In this document: in pieces, positions 23,480 to 36,414 of the stretch
How positions within the stretch are numbered: position 1 is the stretch's first letter
How the letters are laid out: each line of letters opens with the position of its first letter
DNA from: Plasmodiophora brassicae
Taxonomy: Eukaryota
NCBI GenBank assembly: GCA_036867785.1
Contig: CP145427.1
Location: forward strand, 124,001-188,000
DNA length: 64,000 nucleotides
Direction of reading: 5' to 3'
The notes under the pieces: model-generated
Database searches by the model: none
Seen by the model: the letters and a program-made list of their open reading frames with translations, nothing else
What the model was told of the DNA's origin: nothing
Translations under genes and position numbers: made by a program

Positions 23480-23968
23480 CTATTCTGGAACCATCGCGGT
23501 CGGGTACACGGTCTGCTGTGGGGGCATCCTCGTCGGCGGCGCCGAGGCCTTGGCGCGGTTCTGCTCCTTGGTGAGCTCATAGTACGACCAGATGATGTAG
23601 GCGAAGTAGATCGCGAGTGGCAGTTTGATCAGGGGCAAGACAGACGCCCCCGTGCCAGCGACCGAATAGTTGATCATTGTGCCCACGACGTTGTAGATGG
23701 AGAGAGCAATGTTGACGAATAGCGCAGCAAGGCAGAGGGCTTCGCTGCTCAGGATCCCCGTCACCAAGAACAGGATCGACGCTGCTATGTAGGCAAACGA
23801 TTCCGCATATCGCCAGGTCGCCCAGTCCTTATCGTGCGCCACCGTGTCTACAGTGTGTCCAGCGACGAACAGGACAATGCCGTTAATGAAGTACAGGGAG
23901 CTGAACACCATGATCCCCATAGGCAGACTGCATCCGCAGCAGCACGTGCTGGCACGACCGATCGCCAT
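23480..23968 (-). CDS. Small four-TM protein with N-terminal CCCGC cluster (LAPTM/DUF4728-like), tandem copy 1
   Basis: MAIGRASTCCCGCSL followed by four hydrophobic segments; C-terminal AYIIWSYY and a Pro/Tyr tail. Confidence 0.7.
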   Translation of the reverse strand: MAIGRASTCCCGCSLPMGIMVFSSLYFINGIVLFVAGHTVDTVAHDKDWATWRYAESFAYIAASILFLVTGILSSEALCLAALFVNIALSIYNVVGTMINYSVAGTGASVLPLIKLPLAIYFAYIIWSYYELTKEQNRAKASAPPTRMPPQQTVYPTAMVPE

Positions 23969-24027
23969 GGCAACCGCTCGCTGTCGACTGTAGAGCGGGG
24001 CTCTAACAACCACCCATGCTGCCCCTC

Positions 24028-24150
24028 GACTCTGTGAAGAAAAGGGGGGCCTGAAACGGGGGCCTGAAAAGGGGGCCTGAAAGGGGGGGGGGCTAAACGG
24101 ATATAGCTTTACGATAACGACGGGCCGACGTCGACCACGGTCGAGATGGC
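24028..24150. repeat. G-rich (GGGGGCCTGAAA)n minisatellite / dispersed element end
   Basis: Four G-tract units; related sequence ACTCTGTG.GAAAAAGGGGGGCTGAA..G.GGGCCTGAA also begins both arms of the 44.4-45.6 kb inverted repeat. Confidence 0.65.
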
Positions 24151-24388
24151 CTGCAACAGTGCCTCGTCCGGCGTGGGACGTCCCGATCGCGCGACGCCCG
24201 GCTGTACGCCGCGGCCGTATCCGGAAGGCGTCGAGTGCCAACAAAGGCGCTGGACAGGCGACGCAGATCAGCTGGTTACCAGCCACCCAGTACTGGTAGC
24301 CTGGTACTGACCGGTAATTCGATTTCCGCGACGTCCCCGAACAGCCAAAGTGTATTGAGTCGGACGCGGGCATCACTTACGATATTGC

Positions 24389-24835
24389 CTACTCTGGAAC
24401 CATCTTGGTCGGGTACACGGCGGCCTGCTGTGGGGGCATCCTCGTCGGCAGCGCCGAGGCCTTGGCGCGGTTCAGCTCCTTGGTGAGGTCGTAGTACGAC
24501 CAGATGATGTAGGCAAAGTAGATCGCGAGTGGCAGTCGGACCAGGGGCAAGACAGCCACCCCCGCGCCAGCATCCGCATAGGTGACCATTGCGTGCACGA
24601 CGTTATAGGTGGCGAGGGCAATGTTGGCGAATAACGCGACAAGGCAGAGGGCTTCGCTGCTCAGGACCCCCGCCAGGAAGAACAGGATCGACGCTGCTAT
24701 GCAGGCAGACCCTTCCGCATATCGCCAGGTCGCCCAGTACTCTGTCTTGTCTAGCGCCGTGTCTACAACGTGTCCAGCGACGAACAGGACAATGCCGTTA
24801 ATGAAGTACAGGGCGCTGAACATCATGATGGCCAT
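24389..24835 (-). CDS. Four-TM protein tandem copy 2, N-terminally truncated or pseudogenised
   Basis: Highly similar to copy 1; a 19-nt deletion puts the ancestral ATG (24864) out of frame; next in-frame ATG is at 24835. Confidence 0.6.
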   Translation of the reverse strand: MAIMMFSALYFINGIVLFVAGHVVDTALDKTEYWATWRYAEGSACIAASILFFLAGVLSSEALCLVALFANIALATYNVVHAMVTYADAGAGVAVLPLVRLPLAIYFAYIIWSYYDLTKELNRAKASALPTRMPPQQAAVYPTKMVPE

Positions 24836-25385
24836 AGGCAAACTGCAGCACGACCGGTCGCCATGGCAACCGCTGTCGACCGACCGTGTTGGAGGTAGTA
24901 CTTGAGCTTGGATATTAGAGGGCGGAGTCGATACGCACGATCACGATGCAGAATGACGTCGGGGTGCAGGGGTGGCGCCCCTGCTGACGGCAGCCGGGGT
25001 GCACGGTGCCAGATTAATCATCGGTCAGGTTCACCAAAGGAATGCCGATTAATCGTCGCCCGGATCCACCACCCAACCGACCAACGCTGATTGTTCGCTG
25101 ACGGACACCGATTAATCGGCGTTGGCAGATGGACTGGTGATCTGCTTGTGATCCCTTAGCTGCCCAGATGCCCCAAAGATAGTAATGTGGGCTCAGCTGC
25201 ATCGATGAGTAAGTATGTCGCTTTCGAGAACGAGGTCCTTTCGCCGCAACACCCACATTATGATAGATCATGCCGGCACCGCTGACACCTACCTGGCGTT
25301 CCTGCTGGTTTCCGTACGTACTGGTCTGGCGCTCGGTATGAAATGGCGTTGCCAATTCGTTCCAGTTTGCGATTGAAGGCCTGCG

Positions 25386-26204
25386 ATGAGCCAGACATCT
25401 CGCTGGCAGGACTGGGTGGCTGCCCTGCTGACCTTCCCCGACGTCGTATTCGTTACCGACCCCCCACCAGTACTGATTCGTTCTTGGTTTTGGCTGACAG
25501 CGTTCAGGTCGAGCTGTGACGTGGTACATACTCGAATGACATCGCCGTCCGAGTACCTGCGCCTCCATCGGCCCCGGTCTGCCGATCGGCAGCCCGGCGA
25601 CTTCATCATGAGCCGGGTTTGGCAGCGACAGCTGCCACGAGAACCGTCGGTCGCTGACGTGGGGGGTGGTCGACGGCATCCCGGTGGGGCCCTCGATCTC
25701 GACGACGCCATACGACCGGGTGAGGAGGTGCCTGTGCCCGTTGCAAACCACGATGGCGAGGCGCGTCTGCCCACTGATGGACGCGCTCTGCATCGCGCTC
25801 GCAAGGCGCCGATCCGGAACCAGGAACGGTACGCTCAACAGAGCTGGTCGTCGGCGGATCCCGCCAGGCCTCGTCGCCACCGGAAATCAAAGACGATCCC
25901 TGGTCGAAGACGCCCGAGTACAGAGGCCTGCTCGCGCGTGCCGCCGTCACCAGTCGTCGAAGCGTCGCCCGTTCCCAGCGCCGCGCCGGGACCCCCACGA
26001 ACGTCGATCCCGTCGCCGCTGCGCCGTTTAAACGAGCGGGTGAAAAGCGCTCGCGCGATCCAGTCGTGGTGGCGACAGCATCGTCCAGCGTCGTCAGCAG
26101 CCCCGTCCGGCACGATCGATACCAGCACATGCACACGGTCGCCTACGCCTATACGTTGCACGTCTAACTCTGCCGTATGCGATACGTCGGATCTCGATCA
26201 ATAA
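25386..26204 (+). CDS. Hypothetical low-complexity protein with an IQ-like motif (5' exons unresolved)
   Basis: 272-aa ORF containing SARAIQSWWRQHR. Confidence 0.4.
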   Translation: MSQTSRWQDWVAALLTFPDVVFVTDPPPVLIRSWFWLTAFRSSCDVVHTRMTSPSEYLRLHRPRSADRQPGDFIMSRVWQRQLPREPSVADVGGGRRHPGGALDLDDAIRPGEEVPVPVANHDGEARLPTDGRALHRARKAPIRNQERYAQQSWSSADPARPRRHRKSKTIPGRRRPSTEACSRVPPSPVVEASPVPSAAPGPPRTSIPSPLRRLNERVKSARAIQSWWRQHRPASSAAPSGTIDTSTCTRSPTPIRCTSNSAVCDTSDLDQ

Positions 26205-26414
26205 GACCTCGGTGGCCATTGGCGGCCGGTCGTTGCGTCTTGAGTCGCCCCACCCCGATGTTGCCAGTGATGGGGATGATCGCCGGCGGAGGGGTCGACC
26301 CGTTAACAGGGTACCCCGGGCGCGATCGCTCCATTAGTGCGCTTGCACGACGAGAACGACGTCGGCGTCGTCGCGGGTGCCGGTCGCCGTTCAGCGCCTC
26401 GTCCGGTCATCGTG

Positions 26415-28024
<1,610 letters not shown>

Positions 28025-28134
28025 TCGGCGAACGCCGGCCGCTGCCCCGTTCCGTTGTTGTTATTCTATAAACCAGTGAAGCGCGAACACCCCCTGCGTC
28101 CAGCCGATGTCCTAAACGGTTAACTGTATTCCAG

Positions 28135-30978
28135 TCATAACGTGACGGCGAACGCGGTGCCAACGACGACAACAGCGGACGTCAGTAACGAGTTGGCATT
28201 GCTCGGGCAGGGCGATGTGGCAGTACCCGAAGCGGGCGGGTCCGGGTCGCGGGACCAGGATGCGACGATCGTGCTCGCCATTGCGACAGCGGCAACGGCG
28301 ACGGAGGCGACCACCACCGCCTTGCCACGAGTGCTGCCCGACAACGGACGAGGTTGCACAACAGGAGAACGGCGTTGACGGGACCGGCGAGCGCGCGTAG
28401 AAATAACCGCAATGGCCAGAGCCGCTAAGGTGACCTTGCCGAGCGTGCCCATCACGACGTAGGGGGTTGCCGCCGAACGCCCTGCCAGAAGGCCAATGGT
28501 GTCTGCATGGGAACCATCAGCACCAGCGTGCTCGTGCGCCAGCATCAGAGGCGTCTTCCCGTCTCGGTCGCGTACGTCAACGATGTCAATCCTCATCAGC
28601 TGTCCGGCGGCGTCCAGGATGCGCCTGACGACCGACGCCAACCCGGCACGACCCGCTAGGTGCAGAGGCGTTCGACCGCGATCATCGACGGCGGTCAGGT
28701 TGGCGCCCTGATCGATGAGGAACACGGCGAGGTCGACATTACTCGTAGAGCGCTCGAGAAGGGCCATGTGCAGGGCGGTGTACCCGCTGGCGCCAGCGGG
28801 AGCCAGCTGCGGAACCGATACTTTGCTAATCGTCCTGATGGCCGCATTGATATTCGCCCCGCTCCTCGTAAGGTACGCCCTGGCGACGGCGACGTCCAGA
28901 GCCAGGATGAACGAAACGGGGTCGATGTCCGCCTGCCAGCGACGAAGAAGGGAATCGCGGATCGGCGCCAGGCGGTGCGACGCGGGCCTGTTCCAGTAGA
29001 GGTCCCAGGAGCACCACGCCAGGGGCGTCAGCCCGTTCGAATCGCGGCGATTGACCAGGTGCGGGTTCGCATTGGCGATGGCATCGACGAGGTCCACTGA
29101 GCCGTACCTGGCCGCGACCTGAAGCGACCGCGGGTCGGGATAGGGAGACGCCCGGCCTAGGAAGACGGCCATGGCATCCCATTGCGCCCACTCGGTGGCA
29201 TTGCCGGTGCAGGCTTGTTGTAGACTCCCGAGGACGATGTCGAACGGCGTACGACCATCCCGATGCCTCCAGGCATGCCAGTACGGGTAGTCGTGACACA
29301 CCTGACGAACACGATCCGGGTCACGATCGAGGAGGCCCTGGAACAGCGCTGGGCGGGGGTCGGATCGCACGTAGGGCGCTCGCGGTTCCGACAAGACCGC
29401 CTCGAGGTCCCCGTCATAGGCGAACAAGGACCCCAGCGGGGCGGAAGGCCTGGCGCCGACCTGCAGCAGCAGCCTGATGACCTCCAGGTAGTGGCGACGT
29501 CGTGCGGCAACGCGAGACGTTGCCATACAGCGCGCTGCGACCGATAACGGCGTGTCGCCAGCCTCGTCTACCTGGCCCACCTGGACGTCCGGATGCGAGG
29601 CCAGCTTGACGATCACGTCGCGCGACAGCCCGCTCCGGATGGCGTCATGCAGGACGGGCGTGCGCCTGCCGCTGGGGTTCACGTCGGCCCCGGCATCAAT
29701 CAGGGCCAGGACGACGTCATCGCTGCGCGTGCGGATCGCGTTCTGCAACGGGGACCGCCCGCCATCGCACGGCGTGTTGACGAGTTCGTTGACGTCGACG
29801 GATTGTCGCAGGTACGTCATCGTGACGTTCCGCGATACAGACAGGCAGAATGCCAGGCGCTGACCGGCCCAGATGTCGGCACCCTTGCCAAAGACGAGCA
29901 GGTCCCGATTCGCCGACCAACGCGTCATCACCTCGTCGTCTCGACCTTCGCTTAGCCTGGCTGCGCAGACGTCCAGGGCCGTCATGCCTTCGTGCAGCGC
30001 GTTGATTAGGGTCGGGGCCCGGTCGATGATGTCGCCAAGGAGCGACGGCGAGCCGAATTCTGCAGCGAGATGCAGAGAGGGAGCGGACGTCGTTACACCG
30101 TCGTTGCCGACCGCGTACACATCGGTGGCGACATTCGTGTACGGGTGCCGTGCGAAGAATCGACAGACGCCGTCGAGGCGATCGGATCGATCGTTGGCGG
30201 GCCTGGCAACGTTATCCGGCGCATTGACCCCCACATTGCGGAGGGTCGCCAGTGCTGCCTGGAACGCGCGGTTCCGGTCCGTCTCTGGATCCGTCCAGTC
30301 CGCCCACCGTGCGTTGTTATAGCAGAACGCGCGAATCCAGACGCTATCCCCGTTGCCGATGTGGCGGAACAGTTCGTCTGCCGTTGCGACCGCACGAACC
30401 AACGCCAGACGACGCTGCCGCTCAAGTCCCGATGAATTCTCAAAGTCAAACAGGCCGTGCTCCTGTGCCCGCGCCTGACGCAGGACAGTGATTATCCTCA
30501 CGATCACGTTGTCCGGTCGCTGCGTCCCGGGATTGAACAGCCCGACAGCGACGCCGAGTGGCGTCAGCCCATCCGAATTAACGACTTCCAGGTTGGTGCG
30601 TCCGCGTCTTTTAAGGAGCTGCTCAACGATGCCGACCTGCCGCAACCGGCAGGCCACATGAAGCGGAGTGTTGCCATCCGAATCGACAGCGTTGACGTCA
30701 GCGCCCCATCCGTTCAGGCAAGCCACGATACGCTGATGGCCGTGCTCGACAGCGACATGCAGGCCTGTCGCTGCCGGGTTCGGGCACGAATCCACATAGT
30801 CGCCCAGCTGCCAGTAACGCCACACGGGGCGCGTGTGCGCGTATGCATTGCAGGCCTGCTCGACGCCCTCGAGATCATCATCGCGGATCGCATCGAAGAA
30901 CGCCTCCCTGCTGACGTTGACGTCCAGGGCGCACGACACCACCGTCGTCACGGCCACAACCACAATGAGCAACGACAT
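28135..30978 (-). CDS. Secreted ankyrin-repeat protein with three C-terminal hydrophobic segments (947 aa, intronless)
   Basis: Signal MSLLIVVVAVTTVVSCA; many TPLH/TPL ankyrin repeats; paralog of 46094-48427. Confidence 0.88.
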   Translation of the reverse strand: MSLLIVVVAVTTVVSCALDVNVSREAFFDAIRDDDLEGVEQACNAYAHTRPVWRYWQLGDYVDSCPNPAATGLHVAVEHGHQRIVACLNGWGADVNAVDSDGNTPLHVACRLRQVGIVEQLLKRRGRTNLEVVNSDGLTPLGVAVGLFNPGTQRPDNVIVRIITVLRQARAQEHGLFDFENSSGLERQRRLALVRAVATADELFRHIGNGDSVWIRAFCYNNARWADWTDPETDRNRAFQAALATLRNVGVNAPDNVARPANDRSDRLDGVCRFFARHPYTNVATDVYAVGNDGVTTSAPSLHLAAEFGSPSLLGDIIDRAPTLINALHEGMTALDVCAARLSEGRDDEVMTRWSANRDLLVFGKGADIWAGQRLAFCLSVSRNVTMTYLRQSVDVNELVNTPCDGGRSPLQNAIRTRSDDVVLALIDAGADVNPSGRRTPVLHDAIRSGLSRDVIVKLASHPDVQVGQVDEAGDTPLSVAARCMATSRVAARRRHYLEVIRLLLQVGARPSAPLGSLFAYDGDLEAVLSEPRAPYVRSDPRPALFQGLLDRDPDRVRQVCHDYPYWHAWRHRDGRTPFDIVLGSLQQACTGNATEWAQWDAMAVFLGRASPYPDPRSLQVAARYGSVDLVDAIANANPHLVNRRDSNGLTPLAWCSWDLYWNRPASHRLAPIRDSLLRRWQADIDPVSFILALDVAVARAYLTRSGANINAAIRTISKVSVPQLAPAGASGYTALHMALLERSTSNVDLAVFLIDQGANLTAVDDRGRTPLHLAGRAGLASVVRRILDAAGQLMRIDIVDVRDRDGKTPLMLAHEHAGADGSHADTIGLLAGRSAATPYVVMGTLGKVTLAALAIAVISTRARRSRQRRSPVVQPRPLSGSTRGKAVVVASVAVAAVAMASTIVASWSRDPDPPASGTATSPCPSNANSLLTSAVVVVGTAFAVTL

Positions 30979-31352
30979 TGCTGCACAACGAACTCGCCGC
31001 AGCGTTCACAGTGTGCCGCCTGCGGACGGTCGTCAGTCCGGGCGGCGCAGTTTCGGACAACCCACGCTATATTTAGCGGCCATGACGGCGGCCCCAAGTC
31101 CACGACGGCCTCTCTTCACGACTGGAGCGATAGGTAGGCTCGGCGACGTCCCTGGACATTGTATGTTGGGTCGGCCGGCCGCGTTGCACTGCCTGCCGGT
31201 TTCTACTGATGCCAGGAGGTGCACTCCCTGAGGCTTCGCATGGCGACGCTGCTTTGTAGCACTCGAGGCCGGTGGTCGTCAGCGGCCCACGGCAATTTGG
31301 TGCAGTCGCAGTCGGTCGGCGTTTTTGTGCGACAGTCGGGACACGTCGCGCG

Positions 31353-31887
31353 ATGGATGCAGCTCCGGCGTCATTCGGGAAAATGACGTCGGAAGCGCGG
31401 ATGGAGGTTGACGTCGAAGGCGATCGCAGCGACGGGTGCGCCGCCCCGTTCGACATGGGCCGCGCCACCATGCTGGACCTGGCAAACCGCATGCAGGCCA
31501 TCCTGATGGACGTCGTCGCCATGGCCGTCGACGAGGACCGCGCATCATCCAGGACGCCGGAATGTGAGCCAGGCCGTTGCCGCCGCTGGTGTAATCGTTC
31601 TGCGATGTGACGGATCGATTTCCTCAGACGCGTTGCAGGCGGCGGCGTCGATCCAGATCAAGGTCGACGAGTACATGTCGTGCGCGAAGGCGCTCGATGA
31701 TCGCCTGCGCATTCGAAGTTCATCCGCACGCAAGGACGCCTCAACGGGTGCTCTTCATGAGGAGCTTCGCCAGAAATCCGACCTGATTCAACGGTACGCG
31801 CGCGAGGTACGCTCCTGGGAGGCGAATTTCGCTGCGCTCGCCCAGCAGACCGCCGACGTCGAGGCTGGCATCATCCCGTCTACCTAA
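31353..31887 (+). CDS. MED28: Mediator subunit MED28-like, two exons
   Basis: IKVDEYMSCAKALD...LHEELRQKSDLIQRYAREVRSW matches the Med28 ELxxKxxLIQKxxxxLxxW pattern; intron GTGAGC...CAG. Confidence 0.6.
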
Positions 31888-31931
31888 TATTATATGTATA
31901 CGGCAACGGTTGGTCTGTATGGGCGATTTGG

Positions 31932-34549
31932 TCATTTCTTTGCGCCCTTCAGCGCCTCCTCCTCGCGCTGCTTCTCAGCTCGCATATAGGCTTTGAACTG
32001 GGTGAACGAGTTCACCTCCATGAGCTTGACTAGTTCGTGGCAGGCGTCGTCGAATATGTCCTCGGTCAGCACCGTCGTCAGCCGTTTATCGCTGTCGTCG
32101 TCCCCTTCGTCGATGCCGCCGAAGACGTCCCTGAAATGCCTGAGCATCGACGACGGCAGGTTGACTTCCATCGGCGCGCCCTTCTGCAGATAGGTCGTGT
32201 AGATCGAGATCGCGTTGAACCCTGTGAAGCTCGTCCCGAACTCCTTCCTGTAGACCTGGGCGTCCCTCCAGAACAGGAGCGACTCGGACGCGAACTGCTT
32301 CTCGAGGTACGCCCTGAACTGGCTGAACCCCTCTGTCGTTCGCAGCAAATCACCGAGCGTTTCCTGGTCGGTCGCGTCCGCCTCGAAATGCTGCTCCGCG
32401 TCGGCGTCGTCCTTAACGGCATCGCGTTCCTTATCGTCGTCCTTGGAGATGCCCAGCTTCTGCTTGAACTTGGTGATCAGCCGCTCATGCATGGCCTTCT
32501 TCGGTTCATGGATCTGCAGCTGGAACGTCGTCGGCCCGATCGTGAACGTGTCGCCGGGTTTCAGGTGCGCATGCGAGCAACGCGTCCCGTTGACCAGCGT
32601 GCCGTACCAGCTGTCGAGGTCGAACAGCTGCACGCTGTGCTTCCCGTACAGGATCTTCGCATGCGTGCGCGACACCTTCTTGTCTGACACCTGGGACCAG
32701 TCCACGCAAGGTCAGGCGACGGGATGCAACCAGCGACGTGCGTCCTGACAATGATGTCGTTCTTGCCCAGATCGCGTCCAATCGTGACCCATCGGTTATC
32801 GCTGTCGAGGTCGTACCGTTTCCCTTTCTTGTCGAGCGCGGCCAGCGAAAAGACGGCCGTCTCCGACCCCTCTGCGACAACCATTAACTGGGGCATCTTC
32901 AGGACGTCCACCGCATTTCCCCCCTACCGGTCATGTCGACCTTCACCTTCGTCCATCCGTTCTTGATCATCGTCTCGTACGCGTCGGAGTTGGTGAACTT
33001 CACGAACCAGGAAATCAGCTGCCCGACGAGGTGGTCCACGAGGCGCACGAGCGTTCGCGACTCCAGCGGCCCGTCCTTCAGGTCCTTCTGGATCTCGTTG
33101 ATGACGTCCTTCGGGATGTCCTCGAGCTGGTCGAGCGGCGTGGGCGCATTCTTCGCCAGGTACGTCGACTGGAACGCGTCCAGGCTGGCGGCCCGCTTCT
33201 CCGAATCCTTGTGGAACGACGTGTCGAACACCTGGAACGCCATGCGCAGGCAGCGAACGTTCGGCGCCAGGCGGGGCCCCACGAAATTGGCGAACTGCTC
33301 GCAGCCGTCATCGGTGGCGATCAGCTCCTCCAGGTCGACACAGGCGTCGCGCATCTCCAGGACGATATCCAGCGTTTCGTTCATCGCGTCCGTCTCCCGC
33401 TTCTGCCTGAGCAGCTCCAGCTGCAGGGCGACGATATCGCCGTTGAACGCCGACATGTCCAGCTGCTGTAACCCGGGGATCGCGTCCCCCGCGATCGCCT
33501 TCTTCAGGACCAGGACCCATTCCGTCAGACTGATCGCGTGCACCGCCTGTCGCCGCTGCGGGTCAGGCCTGCGAATGCGAACGAGGGGGGTCTCCGTACC
33601 CGGAACCGGACGACGCGCAAGGGCGTCTTGATGGAGAACGCCCAGTGGCCCTCTTTGAAGAACTCGCAGTCGAGGTAGAGCGCCGCCTGCGACAACGAAA
33701 CGAACGACACGATGTCGGTCGAGTCCTTCACCGACCACCACCTGGGCCGGTTGTGTCAGTCGGGGTTCCCGCGCGCGGCAAGGACGTTTCGCCTCGTGCT
33801 TACAGCGCCCTCTGCCGCACGGTGCACTCGAGGGGCAGCCACTGGAACCCGTTCCACATCTCCAGCATGCCCTTCTTGTCGGGCGAGGCGGGTTCCGCGG
33901 CGAACAGCTGCTGCTGCTCGCCGGCCTGCTGCTGGAGGAGGTGGAGAGCGTGTTCGGCGGCGTGCGCCTTCTGCGACATCAGCCTGGCGCCGACCACCTT
34001 CTTCATGGCGGCCTCGATGACGTTGCGCAGGCGCTCGGTGGCGTTCTGGTCGCGCGTCCGGAGCATGACGATGCAGTCCGAGGTGAGGATCTTGATCACG
34101 TCGGTCTCGTTGCCCTTGGCGAACAGGAACAGGATGGCGATGCCGCTGGAGACCTTTGGCGTGGCGACTTCCCGCAGCGATATGAAGTTGCCGTCCAGCG
34201 CGAACGTCCGGGGCGCCCACCGAACGTCGTCCGGCGTCAACCGCCAGCCGTTCTGCGCCATGACGTCCATCTCGAACAGGGTGTCGGATTTGGTCTGCGA
34301 TAACGATCCCTCAGCGCAGAGCAGTTGCGTCGGGCACGGCGATCACGTTTACGTTCTTGTCCGCGCCACTCAGTCGCATTCGCTGGAGGGCCAGGGCCTA
34401 TGCGCCAGGGTTAGCATCGGCCCGTACGCGGTGCCCGTCCCGCCCCGGTGTACCTCATCCGGCAGGTACTTGATCGTGTACAGCATACCCATCTCCTTGG
34501 TCGGCATATTCGTCACGACCATACGGTCGTTCTTCAGGTTGGCCGCCAT
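31932..34549 (-). CDS. Multi-exon signalling protein: PH-like region(s), RGS-like, FHA, RGS
   Basis: FHA: VTIGRD...VSRTHAKI...DLDSWYGTLVNG; RGS: FRAYLEKQFASESLLFW...IYTTYLQKGAPMEVNL; second RGS-like LEELIATDDGCEQFANF; PH-like EWVLVLKKAI and LRNVIEAAM helices. Confidence 0.8.
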
Positions 34550-34933
34550 CGTGGACGGCCACCGAATTCTACGACGAACTAAGATTCCAACAGGCAACGA
34601 TATGACGGGTGCAGCGCGTGCGCCCACCGATGCCACGGCAATATCTGCTTGGCCAGTCCCTCATCCAGGCCGTTGTACCCAATGCGTTGCGTACCTTCGA
34701 AGCATGTACAATAAATACAACCGGGGCGCCCAGCGTCGCATGGGATACCGCATCGGAGACGCCCCTGGTCGGAGCCAGCGCGACGAACTGCGCGACTGCC
34801 GAGCTGCAGTGCGGCGCGTCACCCGCCGTCGCGCCGCGCAGTGCAGCTTACCCGACGCTCTCTGCCGTGTACATACCGCTGCTGCATCAGGACGGCAGAC
34901 GGACAGCGCAATCCGCGCGACACGCGGCGCCTG

Positions 34934-36380
34934 ATGTCTGCCGAGGTCGACCTGTGGCAGGCGATCGCGGCGGCGGCATCCGACGGCGACGTCGCGGCCG
35001 TCATGCGGAACCGGCAGCGCGACGTCGACGACCACGCCTGGGCCGCCCTGTCCGGCGTCGCCCGGGCCACCACGCCGATCCCGTTCGTCGCTGTCGCCTA
35101 CTTCCTGTAAAATGCGTACCCGGCCGGCCCCATTGTCATCCCCTGATTCGGGTTGTGTCGCCCAGGGATTCTGCCATTAGGCAGGGTGGCCTCGATAGCA
35201 AGGAACGCAGGGCGCACGTCATCGGCGCATGTCGGGCATTCTTCCAGAACACGTCGTCGGCGCCGTTCGACGAAGCCCCGGAACGAAGTACGCCCAGCAT
35301 TGCGCGCAACTGTCGCTCGATCATGACGTTACGACACCAGTCTGTAGCATCACGAAGGCGTTGCTGGCCTTAACGTCCGACCTGCGAGAGCTGATCCTGC
35401 CGCTGCGCCGATGTCTTCACCAGGTCTATGTCCCGAGGAACCTGCAGACCCCGTTGCACACGTTGTTCCTGCTCGTCTGCCTCCGAAACGGTGCGTCCGC
35501 GCCCGCGAAACCATTCGGCCGTGTGTGTGTCGACCGAACCGTCGTCCCGTCAGGTGTGTATGAGCCCGCGCTGCCGATCATCAGCGCGCCTGTGTACGGG
35601 TTCCAGCCGAAGAACCTGCCGACGCCGCAGGAGCACCTGCAGTATCATTACTACGCGGGGATGGTGTTCGCCGCTCTGAAACGATTCCCGGCGGCGCTCG
35701 CCGAGTTCGACATCGTCCTCAGCGCCGTCTCCACGAAGCTCAGCGCGATACAGATCGAGGCGTACAAGAAGCGCGCCCTGATCAACCTGATCGTTCACGG
35801 GACCGACCCAGTCAGACTACCTCGGTACTGCTCGACGACCGTCCTGAAAACGATCGACGGCGCTTCCCTGCCGTACGGCACGTTCCTGGGCGCGGCTCAG
35901 GCTGGCCTACCCGCGTTCGAAGCCGCTCTGATCGATCACCAGGCGACGCTGGCAGACGACAAGAACCTTGGCCTCGCGAAACAGGCCATGAAGTCGCTGC
36001 GGAAGCGCCAGGTCCGGAAGCTGGCCGATTCGTACCTGACGCTTTCGTTGGTGGATGTCGCGGAAGCGGCGGGCGTTGCGTCACAGGACGCCGCCCAGGC
36101 ACTCGTTTTCGAAATGATCGACGAAGGGTCGTTGTTCGCGTCGATCGACCAGCAGACCGCGATGCTGACGTTCGGTGAACCCCGGGACGACTTTGACGAC
36201 GAGGACGCCACGACAGCACTGCTCGACCAGCTGCGTCGCGTCAATGAGTACCACGACCGGGTCCTGGAAGCCAACCTCGAACTGGCGACCTACACGCCCT
36301 ACCTGAAACGGGTCGTCGACGTGCCGCAGGCGACGGCGGCGCAATCGTCCTGCCAGGACAGCCAGTACCAGTTCGCATGA
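34934..36380 (+). CDS. CSN3: COP9 signalosome subunit 3 (PCI domain)
   Basis: YHYYAGM...SAIQIEAYKK, DKNLGLAKQ, YLTLSLVDVA, MIDEGSLFASIDQ. Confidence 0.88.
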
Positions 36381-36414
36381 TGCCGCTATTTACATTAGGG
36401 TAGAACCGTTATCG

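Noticed and set aside
33645-34934. 429-aa plus-strand ORF
   Set aside because: Antisense to the RGS/FHA gene, with no motifs.
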